Shown: positions 36,354 to 47,090, counted from the first letter of the stretch. The stretch: DNA of 64,000 nucleotides from Verrucomicrobiota bacterium (GCA_049510745.1 JBEKYR010000003.1:189269-253268); one strand, 5' to 3'. Translations and numbers: made by a program. The notes: generated from the sequence alone by a model not told the origin.

Positions 36354-36432
36354 CGCCGGGTCGCAGGCAGGGAGACGGCTTGACTTTCGGCGCGTTTGCC
36401 GCTTCTTTGGAAGGAGATAATAGACAGGAAAT

Positions 36433-37566
36433 ATGAAATTCTCACGAGTTTGCGCTGCTTTGGTTTTGTTGGGCTTGGGCGCTGCCGCCGCGCGGTTGGC
36501 GGCTCAACCCGCGCCTCCTCCCGTCCCCGGCGCGGCTGGCGCCAGCGTGACTTCTGCCCAGCCCGCGGATGCCGGTTCCGGCCCGCTCATCCAGTTCGAC
36601 GGCAAGGAATACAACTTCGGCAAGGCGGAAGCCGGCGAGGTAGTCAAACACGTCTTCATCGTGACGAATGCCGGTTCCCAAGTTCTTGAAATCACCAACG
36701 TCCATCCTGGGTGCGGCTGCACAACGGCGGGGAATTGGTCGCGCCAGATCGCGCCGGGCCAGACGGGCACCATCCCCATCGAGTTCAACAGTGCCCGCTA
36801 TTCCGGCTCGGTCACCAAGACCATTGCCGTCTATTCCAATGCCAAGGATCATCCGCAGGAAACGCTCTCCCTGCAAGGCACCGTCTGGAAGGTGCTTGAG
36901 GTCAGCCCGCAAACGGCGACCATCAATCTCCTGCCCGATGCCACCAACAGCGTCTCGACCACCGTGCGTATCACCAACCAATCCGATCAGACGATTGCGA
37001 TTTCCGACCCAACCAGTTCCAGCAAGTCGTTCACCGCCGAGCTGAAGACCACGACACCGGGCAAGGAATATGAACTGGTCATCACGGCCGTGCCGCCGTT
37101 TCCCGTCGGCAACACCCCTGGCACGATTAGCGTGAAAACCAGTCTTCCTAGCACGCCGGTTCTCAATGTCTTCGTCACGGCGATGGTCCAGCCCGAAATT
37201 TTGGTTTCGCCGCAGAAACTGACGTTGGGGCCATCGCCCAGTGTCTGGACCACCAACCGCCTTTTTATTCGCGGCAATGGCGCCTCTGTTCTTACCCTCT
37301 CCGACCCGGAATGCAGCGATGCCAGGGTTCACGTTCAAATCAGTCCGATTGGCACTCGTGGCATGTACAATTTGGTGATCGCTTTGCCGCCTGACTACCA
37401 AATCGAGCCGGGTCAGCAGGTGGAAATCAGCGTCAAATCAAATTACCCCCGCAATCCGGTGATCAAAGTGCCGGTGGTGCAGTTGCCCCGCACCGCCGCC
37501 GTCGCCCAGCCGGTCTTGCGGAGCAGCGGAGTCCAGGCGGTCCCGCAAACCGCGGGCCATCCCTGA
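36433..37566 (+). CDS. Secreted DUF1573-domain Ig-like protein
   Basis: Signal peptide; YNFG...HVFIVTNAG..LEITNVHPGCGCT...IAPGQTG. Confidence 0.8.
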   Translation: MKFSRVCAALVLLGLGAAAARLAAQPAPPPVPGAAGASVTSAQPADAGSGPLIQFDGKEYNFGKAEAGEVVKHVFIVTNAGSQVLEITNVHPGCGCTTAGNWSRQIAPGQTGTIPIEFNSARYSGSVTKTIAVYSNAKDHPQETLSLQGTVWKVLEVSPQTATINLLPDATNSVSTTVRITNQSDQTIAISDPTSSSKSFTAELKTTTPGKEYELVITAVPPFPVGNTPGTISVKTSLPSTPVLNVFVTAMVQPEILVSPQKLTLGPSPSVWTTNRLFIRGNGASVLTLSDPECSDARVHVQISPIGTRGMYNLVIALPPDYQIEPGQQVEISVKSNYPRNPVIKVPVVQLPRTAAVAQPVLRSSGVQAVPQTAGHP

Positions 37567-37585
37567 GGCAGCGGGGACTGGGACC

Positions 37586-38227
37586 GTGCCGAGCCGAACT
37601 TCCACCGCGGGCAGAATCCTTTTGGAAGCAGTGGTCGTGGCGCTGGCGGGGGCCGCTTTCGCCTTTGCCGCCAATGAACTCTCGCCGCGCGGACTGGCGT
37701 TGGGGCGCAATTATTTTCCCGGCGGCGCCCGGCAATCGGTTTCGCCGCCGAAACTCACTCAGACGCCACCCGCCGGCGCGCCCACAACCAACGCAGACCC
37801 CGCCGCCGCCGAGATCGAGCAGCGGTTGAAGGACAAAGGGCTGCAACCAATCGACCGGCTCGGGGCGGAACGCCTCTTTCGCGACCCGCGTTTTGAGCAG
37901 GGATTGGTCGTCTTTGTGGACGCGCGCGACGCAGACCACTACCGCGAAGGCCACATTCCCGGCGCTTACGAACTGGACCCGTATCATCCGGAAAAGGAAC
38001 TGAGCAATGTCCTGGCCGCCTGCCAATTCGCCGCGCAGGTGGTGGTTTACTGCACAGGCGGAGATTGTGAAGACGCCGATTCGACCGCCATTCTGCTGCG
38101 CGACGCCGGCATCCCGAATCAAAACCTTCTCGTCTTTGGCGGCGGATTCACCGAATGGACCGACCGCCATCTGCCGGTGGAGCCAAGCGAGCGCAACAGC
38201 GCCCGCGCGCCAGGCCAAAGCAAATGA
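37586..38227 (+). CDS. Membrane-anchored rhodanese-like protein
   Basis: FVDAR...YREGHIPGA, VVYCTGGDC, GGFTEW. Confidence 0.85.
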   Translation: MPSRTSTAGRILLEAVVVALAGAAFAFAANELSPRGLALGRNYFPGGARQSVSPPKLTQTPPAGAPTTNADPAAAEIEQRLKDKGLQPIDRLGAERLFRDPRFEQGLVVFVDARDADHYREGHIPGAYELDPYHPEKELSNVLAACQFAAQVVVYCTGGDCEDADSTAILLRDAGIPNQNLLVFGGGFTEWTDRHLPVEPSERNSARAPGQSK

Positions 38228-38784
38228 ACGGCAATGCTCCAGCCCCTTCGGCCGTTCCGTTTTGGCCCGACAAAGCGATGGACCTCAGCGCGGTGGCGGC
38301 GCGGTGGTATCTGGGCGGTTTCTTCGTTTATACGGGGCTGGAGAAGGTGGCGGACCCGGTCGCTTTCCTCAAACTGGTGCGGCAGTATGACCTGGTCCAC
38401 ACCGCATTCCTCTTGAACGCGATCGCCGCGGCGTTGCCGTGGTTCGAGGTCTTTTGCGGGGTGATTCTGCTGGCGGGCATCGCCGTGCGCGGCGCGGCGC
38501 TGACTCTGGTGAGTATTTTGATTCCTTTTACCGGGGTCGTCTGGCATCGCGCCCTGGTTTTACAGGCGGCCAAAGGCCTCTCTTTTTGCGCCGTGAAGTT
38601 CGATTGCGGATGCGGCACCGGGGAGGTTTATATCTGCGAAAAATTGCTGGAAAACTTCGGTCTCATTCTGCTGGGGGTCTGGCTGCTTGCAGGCCGCGGC
38701 CGGCAATGGTCCGCGCGCTACTGCGTGCTCACCCGCGCCGCTCTGTCGCAAAGCTCTCAACCGGTCGTCCCCGGCGCGGATTAG
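38224..38784 (+). CDS. MauE/DoxX family membrane protein
   Basis: LGGFFVYTGLEKVADP, LPWFEVFCG, DCGCG. Confidence 0.82.
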   Translation: MNGNAPAPSAVPFWPDKAMDLSAVAARWYLGGFFVYTGLEKVADPVAFLKLVRQYDLVHTAFLLNAIAAALPWFEVFCGVILLAGIAVRGAALTLVSILIPFTGVVWHRALVLQAAKGLSFCAVKFDCGCGTGEVYICEKLLENFGLILLGVWLLAGRGRQWSARYCVLTRAALSQSSQPVVPGAD

Positions 38785-40118
38785 ACCGAGCAGGGCGCCA
38801 GGATGGCGGTGCTCATGCCGTGGATGATTTTTTTGTCCGCCGGGCAGATCGTGGCCAGGACGCCCGAGAGGTTGGCGCGGGCGGCGTCGCCTTCCCCGGT
38901 GACGAAGTAATAAGGGCACAGGCGCACCCGTCCGGGCATATCGACCACTTGTTGTTTCTCGAAGTCGAACCACTTGGCCTGCGCCAGGGCGGGCTTGTGG
39001 TAGCGTTGTAAAACATACGGCGATGTGGGAAAGGAACGGATGGCCCCGTCCACCGCCGCCGCCCAATCGGCCGTCGATAAATCGCTTCCCAGGAAGACGC
39101 CGCGCGCGCCCCAGGCTTTGTCGGAAAAGCCGGACACCTTGAGAATGAGATCGCGCTCGCGCTGGGAGAGGGCCTTGAGCTGGTGCCAATCCGTCAAGTT
39201 CAATTCCGGCAGCGCGGCGTGCGGCGGCAACGGGGCCGGGTCCACGATCCAGGTGTAGGGGACCAGGCGCCGCAGGCGCTCGGAAAAGCGTTCGCCCAAT
39301 TCCTGCCGCCAAAAGCCGCGCAGATGGCGGTTCCAAAGCAGGCCGAAGAGCATTTTTTCCTCGAAAACCGGCTTGGGCGGGGCCGTCAGTTGAATCCGCC
39401 CGGACCGGGCCATGTCAATTATAGTATCCGCGTTCGGAACGTTCGGCAGATCGAACAATTCAAAAAAACGATAGACCGCCTCGCCGGGCTTGAAACCGGT
39501 GAAGCGCCCGTCGCGCACCTGGAACCTCCCGCCCAACTGGCCGGCCAGCCAAACCATTTCCGGACGATAGGTTTGCGCCTCGTCGGAAACAACAATGTGG
39601 ACGGAGGAAGCGCCGCCAAAGATGCCGGCAAAGCCCCGCGCCATCCCGTCGGCGCCGCCGATGACCGGGCCGGCGCCCGCCGGCAGGGCCGCGTAGGTTT
39701 GGTTGAGCCAGGCGGTCAAGCCGATGCCGCCGGGGACGCTGTCCAACTCCGTGATGCACGGGCCGGTGTCGGTCAGGAGGATGTCCGGGCGGAGGACGCG
39801 CGGCAGGTCATTTTTGAAAGCGGCGTCCCGCTGTGTTTCCAGGAGGGCGGCGGGCTTGCCCAGGTCCAGCCACTGCGCGACCCAGCGCGGCTGTTTGCCG
39901 GCAAGGCTTTGGCGGTAGAGCAGGTTGACGCTGCGATTGAACTGCAAGAGCAGCCGGCCCAGGCCTTCGAGTTCGTCCGCCAACGGCCGGCCCAGGGGAA
40001 AGGGCGCGGGGGCGACGCGCCACTCCTGCCCGCTGAACAGCCCCTCCCTGGGCAGGCGGGCGCGAATAAAAGAAGCGTCGGCGGCGGCCGTTTCCAAACT
40101 GGCGGGAGAGTCAATCAT
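38781..40118 (-). CDS. Conserved hypothetical protein, ATP-grasp/glutathionylspermidine-synthase-like ligase fold
   Basis: LRPDILL...ITELDSVPGGIG, YRFFELFD, LILKVSG..AWGARGV, YVLQRY, RVRLCPYYF. Confidence 0.6.
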   Translation of the reverse strand: MIDSPASLETAAADASFIRARLPREGLFSGQEWRVAPAPFPLGRPLADELEGLGRLLLQFNRSVNLLYRQSLAGKQPRWVAQWLDLGKPAALLETQRDAAFKNDLPRVLRPDILLTDTGPCITELDSVPGGIGLTAWLNQTYAALPAGAGPVIGGADGMARGFAGIFGGASSVHIVVSDEAQTYRPEMVWLAGQLGGRFQVRDGRFTGFKPGEAVYRFFELFDLPNVPNADTIIDMARSGRIQLTAPPKPVFEEKMLFGLLWNRHLRGFWRQELGERFSERLRRLVPYTWIVDPAPLPPHAALPELNLTDWHQLKALSQRERDLILKVSGFSDKAWGARGVFLGSDLSTADWAAAVDGAIRSFPTSPYVLQRYHKPALAQAKWFDFEKQQVVDMPGRVRLCPYYFVTGEGDAARANLSGVLATICPADKKIIHGMSTAILAPCSV

Positions 40119-40144
40119 ATTTAAGCCCCGGCGAGGCGGGAACG

Positions 40145-41431
40145 TCAGGAACGCAATTGCCCGCTGCCGAAGCCCAGCCATTTGTAGGAGGTCAACTCCT
40201 CCAGGCCCATCGGGCCGCGCGCCCCGATCTTGTCCGTGCTGATCCCGATCTCGGCGCCCATGCCAAATTCCGCGCCGTCGGTGAACCGGGTCGAGGCGTT
40301 CCAATAGACCGCCGCGGAATCGACCCCCGCCAAAAACTCGCGCGCGTGGGCCTCGTTGCGCGTGACAATGCTGTCGGAATGCGCGGAGCCGTAGCGGTTG
40401 ACGTGCTCGATGGCCTGGCCGACGCCATCGACGACGCGGATGTTCAAAATGTAGTCGTTGTATTCGGTAAAAAAGTCCTGCTCGGAGGCGGCCCTGATGG
40501 CGCCGCCGCCCGGCGCCAGGCTCGATTCCAGAATTTTGCGCGACGCCTCATCCGCGCGCAACTCGACTTTTTTTCCCTGGAGCCGCCGGCCCATCACCGG
40601 GAGGAAGGCGGGGGCGACGGCGCGATCGACCAGCAACGTTTCCATGGCGTTGCAGACGGCGGGCCTCTGGCATTTGGCGTTAAAGGCGATTTCCTCCGCC
40701 ATTTTCAGGTCGGCGTCCGCATCGACATAGACGTGGCAGACGCCCTTGTAATGTTTGATGACCGGCACTTTCGAGACTTCGGCCACGGCGCGGATCAACC
40801 CCTCTCCGCCCCGGGGCATGCACAAATCCACATATTGTGTCAACGCTAATAATTCCCGGATGGCCTCGCGCTCGGTCGTGGGGACGACCTGGATGGCGTG
40901 GGCGGGAAAGGCGGGCAGTTGCCGGGTGGCGGCGCGCACCAGCGTTTCGGCGATGGCCTGGTTGGATTGCAGCGCCTCCTTGCCGCCGCGCAGGATGGTG
41001 GCGTTGCCGGACTTGAAACACAGGCTGGCGGCGTCGGCGGTGACGTTCGGACGCGATTCGTAAATGATTACCACCACGCCAATCGGGGTGGAAATTTTCT
41101 GCAAGCGCAATCCGTTCGGGCGGGTGCGGTCGTCGAGCACGCGTCCGACCGGATCGGGTAGCGCGGCTACATCGCGCAAGCCTTTGGCCATGCCGGCGAT
41201 GCGCTTGTCGTCCAGTTTCAAGCGGTCAAGCATGGCGCTGGAGAGGCCGTGCAAGGCGGCCGCCTCCATGTCGAGATCATTGGCCTGCTGGATCGCCGCG
41301 CGGTCCGCCTCGATGGCATCGGCCATGGCCAGAAGGCAGCCGTTCTTTTGGCTGGTCGTCAACTGGGCCAACGGGCGCGACGCCTCGCGGGCCTGTCGGG
41401 CCAGGCGCGTCATTTGTTCAGTCAAAGTCAT
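40145..41431 (-). CDS. proA: Gamma-glutamyl phosphate reductase
   Basis: IYESRPNVT, ILRGGKEA, PRGGEGLI, CNAMETLLV, NASTRFTDG, GISTDKIGARGPMGL. Confidence 0.96.
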   Translation of the reverse strand: MTLTEQMTRLARQAREASRPLAQLTTSQKNGCLLAMADAIEADRAAIQQANDLDMEAAALHGLSSAMLDRLKLDDKRIAGMAKGLRDVAALPDPVGRVLDDRTRPNGLRLQKISTPIGVVVIIYESRPNVTADAASLCFKSGNATILRGGKEALQSNQAIAETLVRAATRQLPAFPAHAIQVVPTTEREAIRELLALTQYVDLCMPRGGEGLIRAVAEVSKVPVIKHYKGVCHVYVDADADLKMAEEIAFNAKCQRPAVCNAMETLLVDRAVAPAFLPVMGRRLQGKKVELRADEASRKILESSLAPGGGAIRAASEQDFFTEYNDYILNIRVVDGVGQAIEHVNRYGSAHSDSIVTRNEAHAREFLAGVDSAAVYWNASTRFTDGAEFGMGAEIGISTDKIGARGPMGLEELTSYKWLGFGSGQLRS

Positions 41432-41474
41432 GGCGGCAAGTTAAGGCAGAATCCGCCCGGACGCCAGCCGGGCC

Positions 41475-42218
41475 TTATTTCTGGACACCTGGTTTCCGGC
41501 GCGGTGAACGGCGCAAACCGTTTTGGAACAAGAGCCGCCAGACCATGGCCAGCGCCTCCCAGACAATTCTCCGGGACATCTTCGAGTACCCTTGAAACCG
41601 CTCGCTGAAAATGATCGGGATTTCGACGATGCGCATCCCCTGCCGCCAAAGCTTGTGGGTCAATTCGATCTGGAAGCTGTAGCCGTCGGACAGGACGGCG
41701 TCGAGGTCGATGGCTTGGAGGGCGTGGCGGCGGAAGCACTTGAATCCGCCCGTCGGGTCGGTAAACGGCATGCCCGTGATGAGGCGCACGTAGCGGGCGG
41801 CGCTGGTGCTGAGCAAGAGGCGTTTCATCGGCCAATTGATGACGCGAATGCCGTTGCAATAACGGGAGCCGAGAACCAGATCGGCGTCCTGGGCCGCCTC
41901 GATAAACCGCGGAATATCGTCGGGATTATGGGAAAAATCGCCATCCATCTCCATAATGAACTCGAACTCGCGTTGCAACGCCCAGGCAAAGCCGGCGCAA
42001 TAGGCCCGGCCCAGCCCGTTCTTCTCCGTTTCATGCAGGACGTGGACGGCGGCGCTCTTGGCGGCCAGTTCATCGGCGAGCTGCGCGGTGCCGTCGGACG
42101 AATTGCCATCGACGACCAGCAGGTCCACGCCGACGGGAAGTTTGGAGAGACGGTCAACCAGGGCGGGAAGATTTTCCCGCTCATTGTAGGTCGGAACGAT
42201 CACCAGCGTTTTATTCAT
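41475..42218 (-). CDS. Polyprenol monophosphomannose synthase-like GT2
   Basis: PTYNERENL, GLGRAY, EMDGDFSHNP, GSRY, DPTGGFKCFRR, GYSFQIE. Confidence 0.88.
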   Translation of the reverse strand: MNKTLVIVPTYNERENLPALVDRLSKLPVGVDLLVVDGNSSDGTAQLADELAAKSAAVHVLHETEKNGLGRAYCAGFAWALQREFEFIMEMDGDFSHNPDDIPRFIEAAQDADLVLGSRYCNGIRVINWPMKRLLLSTSAARYVRLITGMPFTDPTGGFKCFRRHALQAIDLDAVLSDGYSFQIELTHKLWRQGMRIVEIPIIFSERFQGYSKMSRRIVWEALAMVWRLLFQNGLRRSPRRKPGVQK

Positions 42219-42361
42219 TTATCAAACCTCGCCCGGCAGGGCTGCCATCAGGAAAGCCAAGTTGCCCCCGGAATTCAAGGCCCAATTCGGGCAGGCACCT
42301 TTGAGGTTTTTTGGTTGTGGGGAGGTTTGAAAGCAACTACAGCTTGAAAAGAACAAACAGC

Positions 42362-45055
42362 ATGTCAGCAAGAAATTCCGGCACATTATTATTGGTGCGA
42401 CGGCCCGGACGGATTCCCGGACTTGGTCTTTTGCTGTACATGACGATTATCGTCTCTGGCGCTCAAGTGACCGCACCCTCCGCGCCGGTTTCATCCAAGG
42501 CGACCGCAGGCCTCACCGTTCGCGTCGATGCATTGTCCGCCGCACCGCGTCTGATGGTCAACGGTCGGCCCGTGCGCTCGCGAATGTTCTTTGGCGGACC
42601 CGGTTCCGCCTCGGTCAAGATCGAACCCGCGGGCCGGTCCGTCGAGTTCGAGTTCATCGCCGAGAATGATTCGCTGGGCGCCAGCACTCTCCACTTCTGC
42701 TTCGGCCAGACTCCGGGGGATGTGTTCCTGGACAACATCCGCATTGTGGAGGTGGCTTCCGGCAAGAACGTGGCGGCGATTTCCAATTTCGAGGGCGGTC
42801 CGGATTCGCTTTCTCGTGCTTGGACTTTCTGGCTTTCCGGAGCAGCGAACACAGTTGGCACAGCCAAGGTCAAGCCATCCGTTGGTCACTACGGCACAGG
42901 CGGCCTCCACGTGACGCTCCGCCGGCCGCCTGCCGGAGAGTGGCCCGACTGGCAAACCTACCACCTGCCCAATTTGTCTATCGTTCGAGGAAAACACTAC
43001 CGTGTCACATTCTGGGCGCGGGCGGAACCCGCGCGCAACTTGGCCGTGGCACTCCATGGACCGGGCGATTCATTCGTTCATTTGGACGGTCTGCCGGGTG
43101 TGTTCGAGTCGCAAATCAAAATGGCTGCGACGGCCGGCGTGGACTTCGTCAGTTTCCCTGTGGGCATGCCTTGGCCTGCCCCAGGAGAGCCTGCCGATTG
43201 GAGCTTCGCTGATAACGCCTGCGAGCAAGTTCTTAAAGCAAACCCGAAAGCTCTCCTTCTCCCGCGATTCGTCGCGGACCCGCCGGATTGGTGGCGCAAG
43301 GAACACCCCGGCGAAGTTATGACCTGGGAAGATGGTTCCCAGCAGCACCAAGCGGTTGTCGCGTCACCGCTCTACCGCCGTGATGCCGCCGCACGCGTGG
43401 CGGCTTTGGTCGAGCACCTTGAGAGCAAGTTCGGCGACCATGTGGCGGGCTACCACCCTTGCGGCCAGAACACCGAAGAGTGGTTCTACCAGGGCACATG
43501 GGGGAACCTTCTGAATGGGTACGCACCTGCCGACACGATTGCCTGGCGTGACTGGCTTCGCGCCCGGTATGGAAACGACGCATCGCTCGAGGCCGCGTGG
43601 CACGATCCGGGCGCAACGCTGAACGGCGCGGAGGTGCCGACGCCATCCCAGCGTCGCGCCTCACCCGCCGGCGTCCTGCGCGATCCCGCGACCCAGAAGG
43701 CGCTCATTGACTTTGCCGATTTCCAGCAACAGGCCATGGCCGAGTTGGTCTGTGACCTGGCCCATGCGGCGCGTCAGGCTTCGCACCGGCGCAAACTTGT
43801 CGTGTTCTTCTACGGTTATGTTTTCGAGTTCGGTCCGGTCGGCTTGGGGCCTTCGACTTGCGGCCATTACGCGCTGCGCCGCGTCCTGGACTGCCCGGAT
43901 ATTGATGTGCTCTGCTCCCCCATCTCCTACTTTGACCGCGGCATTGGAGGCAGCGCGCCAGCCATGACCGCCGCTGAAAGCGTCGCTCTCGCCGGCAAGA
44001 TGTGGCTCTTCGAGGATGATACGCGGACCTATCTGAGCGGCGGCGTGCTTCCCGGCCAGTTCGGCCAGGCGAAGGATCTTGCCGAGACCAAATCGATCCT
44101 TCTCCGCAATGTGGCGCAGGAAGCCACCCGCAACTGCGCAACCTGGTGGATGGACTTGGAAATGACGGGCTGGTTTAACGACACACAACTTTGGGACGAG
44201 ATGCGACGGCTCGCCCCGGTGGACAACGCCTTCCTGCAAAGGCCTGTGCCTTACCGTCCCGAGGTTGCCGCCATTATTGACGAGCGTTCCATGCTTGAAA
44301 CCTCAGCCAGCGCCTGGACGGTTACTGAACCCGGCATCTCTCAGGCGCGCCGGCCGTTGGCGCGAATGGGCGCGCCGTACGGACAGTACCTCCTCGACGA
44401 CATTGTCCGCGGCCGAGTCCGTGCGAAGCTCTGCGTTTTTCTCAACGCATGGCAGCTTTCGACCGCCCAGCGAAAGGCCATCCGCGCGAACACCCGCGGG
44501 GCCTGCCGCGTTTGGTGTTACGCCCCCGGCCTGCACGACGGTGACCGCACTTCACCAGAAGCGATGCAGGAGCTTACCGGGTTCCGCTTGGTACGCGCGT
44601 TCCCCGACAAAGCTTGGGCCACTCCAACGGACCAGGGCAGGCGCCTCGGATTGCAGTCTTCATTCGGAGTCGATGCGCCCGTGACTCCCTTGTTTGCCGC
44701 GGATGACGCAACTCCCGCGGAAATTCTTGCGACCTACCCGGATGGCACTGCCGCTGTCGCGCTCCGCAAGACCCCGGACGGTTGGTCCCTGTTTGTGGGC
44801 GCGCCCGGTTTGACGTCTGATTTGCTTCGAATCGCGGCGCGCAAGGCGGGCGTTCATCTCTATACGCAGGCCGATTGTAATGTTTATGCCAACGGCCCAA
44901 TTGTGGCTCTGCATGCCGCCCAAGACGGTCCCATCACACTCGACACCGGCCGTAAAGGGGCAATCCACGACGCGCTCACGGATGAATTCGTCGCTGACGG
45001 ACCACGCATCACGCTCCTAATGAAGAGAGGCGACACCCGGGTGTTGCGCTACTAA
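42362..45055 (+). CDS. Large glycoside hydrolase (GH42/beta-galactosidase-like) with carbohydrate-binding-like insert
   Basis: GKHYRVTFWARAE (CBM4/9-like), GYHPCGQNTEEWFY, CSPISY, EDDTRT, WWMDL, trimerisation-like C-terminus; start uncertain. Confidence 0.65.
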   Translation: MSARNSGTLLLVRRPGRIPGLGLLLYMTIIVSGAQVTAPSAPVSSKATAGLTVRVDALSAAPRLMVNGRPVRSRMFFGGPGSASVKIEPAGRSVEFEFIAENDSLGASTLHFCFGQTPGDVFLDNIRIVEVASGKNVAAISNFEGGPDSLSRAWTFWLSGAANTVGTAKVKPSVGHYGTGGLHVTLRRPPAGEWPDWQTYHLPNLSIVRGKHYRVTFWARAEPARNLAVALHGPGDSFVHLDGLPGVFESQIKMAATAGVDFVSFPVGMPWPAPGEPADWSFADNACEQVLKANPKALLLPRFVADPPDWWRKEHPGEVMTWEDGSQQHQAVVASPLYRRDAAARVAALVEHLESKFGDHVAGYHPCGQNTEEWFYQGTWGNLLNGYAPADTIAWRDWLRARYGNDASLEAAWHDPGATLNGAEVPTPSQRRASPAGVLRDPATQKALIDFADFQQQAMAELVCDLAHAARQASHRRKLVVFFYGYVFEFGPVGLGPSTCGHYALRRVLDCPDIDVLCSPISYFDRGIGGSAPAMTAAESVALAGKMWLFEDDTRTYLSGGVLPGQFGQAKDLAETKSILLRNVAQEATRNCATWWMDLEMTGWFNDTQLWDEMRRLAPVDNAFLQRPVPYRPEVAAIIDERSMLETSASAWTVTEPGISQARRPLARMGAPYGQYLLDDIVRGRVRAKLCVFLNAWQLSTAQRKAIRANTRGACRVWCYAPGLHDGDRTSPEAMQELTGFRLVRAFPDKAWATPTDQGRRLGLQSSFGVDAPVTPLFAADDATPAEILATYPDGTAAVALRKTPDGWSLFVGAPGLTSDLLRIAARKAGVHLYTQADCNVYANGPIVALHAAQDGPITLDTGRKGAIHDALTDEFVADGPRITLLMKRGDTRVLRY

Positions 45056-45166
45056 CGCATCGATCCTCTGATATTAATCCATTGAAAACGCCAGGGCTTC
45101 AGATAATATCATTGGATTTAGTATTTGGAATTGAGCAGTCTGCGCAAGTTTAAAACGCCTTATTTC

Positions 45167-46591
45167 ATGTCGTGCCTCGCGCCAACCGAAGTCCAACCAC
45201 GGAGTCGAATTAACAGGCTGTTGTCTTTATTCCGGTGGAAACCGTTTGAGACCACGACCGCGGAAGGGTTGGCGCGAGAACGGCATCGGCGGATTGTTTT
45301 GTCAACCGCCGCCTCCGGGTTGGCCAAGGGGGTATCGGTGCTTGCAAACCTGATTATTGTCCCCATGACGCTGCACTACCTGGGCGAGGAGCGCTACGCG
45401 ATGTGGGCGATGATCAGCAGTCTGTTCATCACGTTGAATTCGGCTGACTTGGGGATCGGCAACGGTTTGCTGAACCTGGTGGCCGCAGCCAGCGGAAAAG
45501 GCGACAAGAAGCTGATAAAAAAATACATTTCGAGCGGGTTTTTCATGCTGTTGGCGGTTGGGGTTGGAATCGCCGCGATGCTGCTTGTGGCGCCGGCCTT
45601 CATCCCCATGGCCAGGGTTTTCAACGTGTCGTCCGGCTTGGCGCGAAGCGAGGCGGGCAGGGCGGTGGGTGTCGTTGCGGTGGTATTCGGCCTGGGGATG
45701 CCGTTGCTTGTGGCGCTGCGCTTTCAGGAAGGGCTGCAGGAGGGGTTCAATTCATACCTGGCGTATATGGCGGGGAACATCCTGGCCTTGGTTTTTGCGC
45801 TCATGGTGGTCAAGTTGAAATTGGGGTTGCCCTGGCTGGTGCTGAGTCTGCTGGGGGGGCCTCTGGTGGCAAACCTGGGTATCTTCATCGGTCAGTTTTT
45901 TGTGTACAAACCGTGGGCGCGTCCGGCGTGGGCTGATTGCGGCCTGGAAACGACGCGGAGGGTGATAAAGACGGGTTTGATTTTTTTTCTGCTCAACATG
46001 TTGGCGCTTTTTGGGGTTCAGGCGTTGGATCCATTTGTCATTGCCCACGTGCTTGGCCCCACGGAAGGCGCCCGTCAGGTGACCGCCTATTCGGTCGTCC
46101 AAAGGCTCTCACAAATCGCGTTTCTTTATTGGGCGCTGACCCAGGCGCTCTGGCCGGCTTACGCGGAGGCTATTGCCCGGCAGGACTTCAACTGGGTGCG
46201 CAAAACGATCCGGCGTTCGCTGTGGTTAAGCGTGGTTCTGGGCGGTTCGATGGGATTGGGCATCTATTTTTTTGGAGACTGGATAGTGCGGATTTGGGTG
46301 GGGCCTGTTCTGCAGGGTCCGGAAGGCCGACTGCTGCTGCTGAGTTTTGCCGCTTACATTCCGATCAACAGCGTAGTCGGCACCTTGTCGGTTGTTCTCA
46401 ACGGTGGGATGTTATTGCGACAACAATTGGTCTTCTTGCTGGTCACGACCGCGGTGGCGGTGGCGCTGAAAATAATTTTATGCCGGGTGTGGGGAGCCGC
46501 GGGGGTGGTATGGGGGACCAATCTTGCTTTTAGCATATGCTTTATCCCGCCGGCTGCGTCGCTTTTACGGAAAACATATTGGCCACGTTGA
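45167..46591 (+). CDS. Wzx-like oligosaccharide flippase
   Basis: VPMTLHYLGEERYAMW, ADLGIGNGL, LWPAYAEA; about 12 TM helices. Confidence 0.82.
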   Translation: MSCLAPTEVQPRSRINRLLSLFRWKPFETTTAEGLARERHRRIVLSTAASGLAKGVSVLANLIIVPMTLHYLGEERYAMWAMISSLFITLNSADLGIGNGLLNLVAAASGKGDKKLIKKYISSGFFMLLAVGVGIAAMLLVAPAFIPMARVFNVSSGLARSEAGRAVGVVAVVFGLGMPLLVALRFQEGLQEGFNSYLAYMAGNILALVFALMVVKLKLGLPWLVLSLLGGPLVANLGIFIGQFFVYKPWARPAWADCGLETTRRVIKTGLIFFLLNMLALFGVQALDPFVIAHVLGPTEGARQVTAYSVVQRLSQIAFLYWALTQALWPAYAEAIARQDFNWVRKTIRRSLWLSVVLGGSMGLGIYFFGDWIVRIWVGPVLQGPEGRLLLLSFAAYIPINSVVGTLSVVLNGGMLLRQQLVFLLVTTAVAVALKIILCRVWGAAGVVWGTNLAFSICFIPPAASLLRKTYWPR

Positions 46592-46763
46592 TGCAGTGTA
46601 GGAGGGGCCGGTCAAACGATCCTTGACGACCGTCCCGCTGAGGATTAGGCTCTTGTGCGTGATGCAATGCGAGATAGTTGTGAGACCGCCGACGACAGAG
46701 CGTTTTGAGAGGGTGTGAGCCGTGCTTGGACTGCGAACCAGAATTAAAAAATGGGCAGGTAAG

Positions 46764-47090
46764 ATGTCTAACGCCCGTGCGCTGCCGGCGGAACTCAAGG
46801 TGCCGTTGAAACTGCCGCAGTTGCGGGAGATGAATCTGTCCCGGACTGTCACCTACTTGTATTGTGATTATTATTTTGAACATTTTCTTCCGCAATTGTT
46901 TAACGAACATCGCGCCTATTTCGCCAAAGCGGGCCGGGGGTTCGGCGAAGATGTCTTTCATGCCATGTGGTTTCTGTTGTTTGAACATTTCCGTCCAGCC
47001 AACGCTCTCGAAATTGGGGTTTACCGGGGACAGACGATTACGCTGATGAAACTGTTAAGCCGCCACTTCAATTTCCAATGCGAAATATAA
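46764..47090 (+). pseudogene. 3'-truncated class I SAM-dependent methyltransferase
   Basis: RGFGEDVFHAMW...ALEIGVYRGQT motif I, then a stop about 15 codons later, overlapping the next methyltransferase. Confidence 0.6.
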
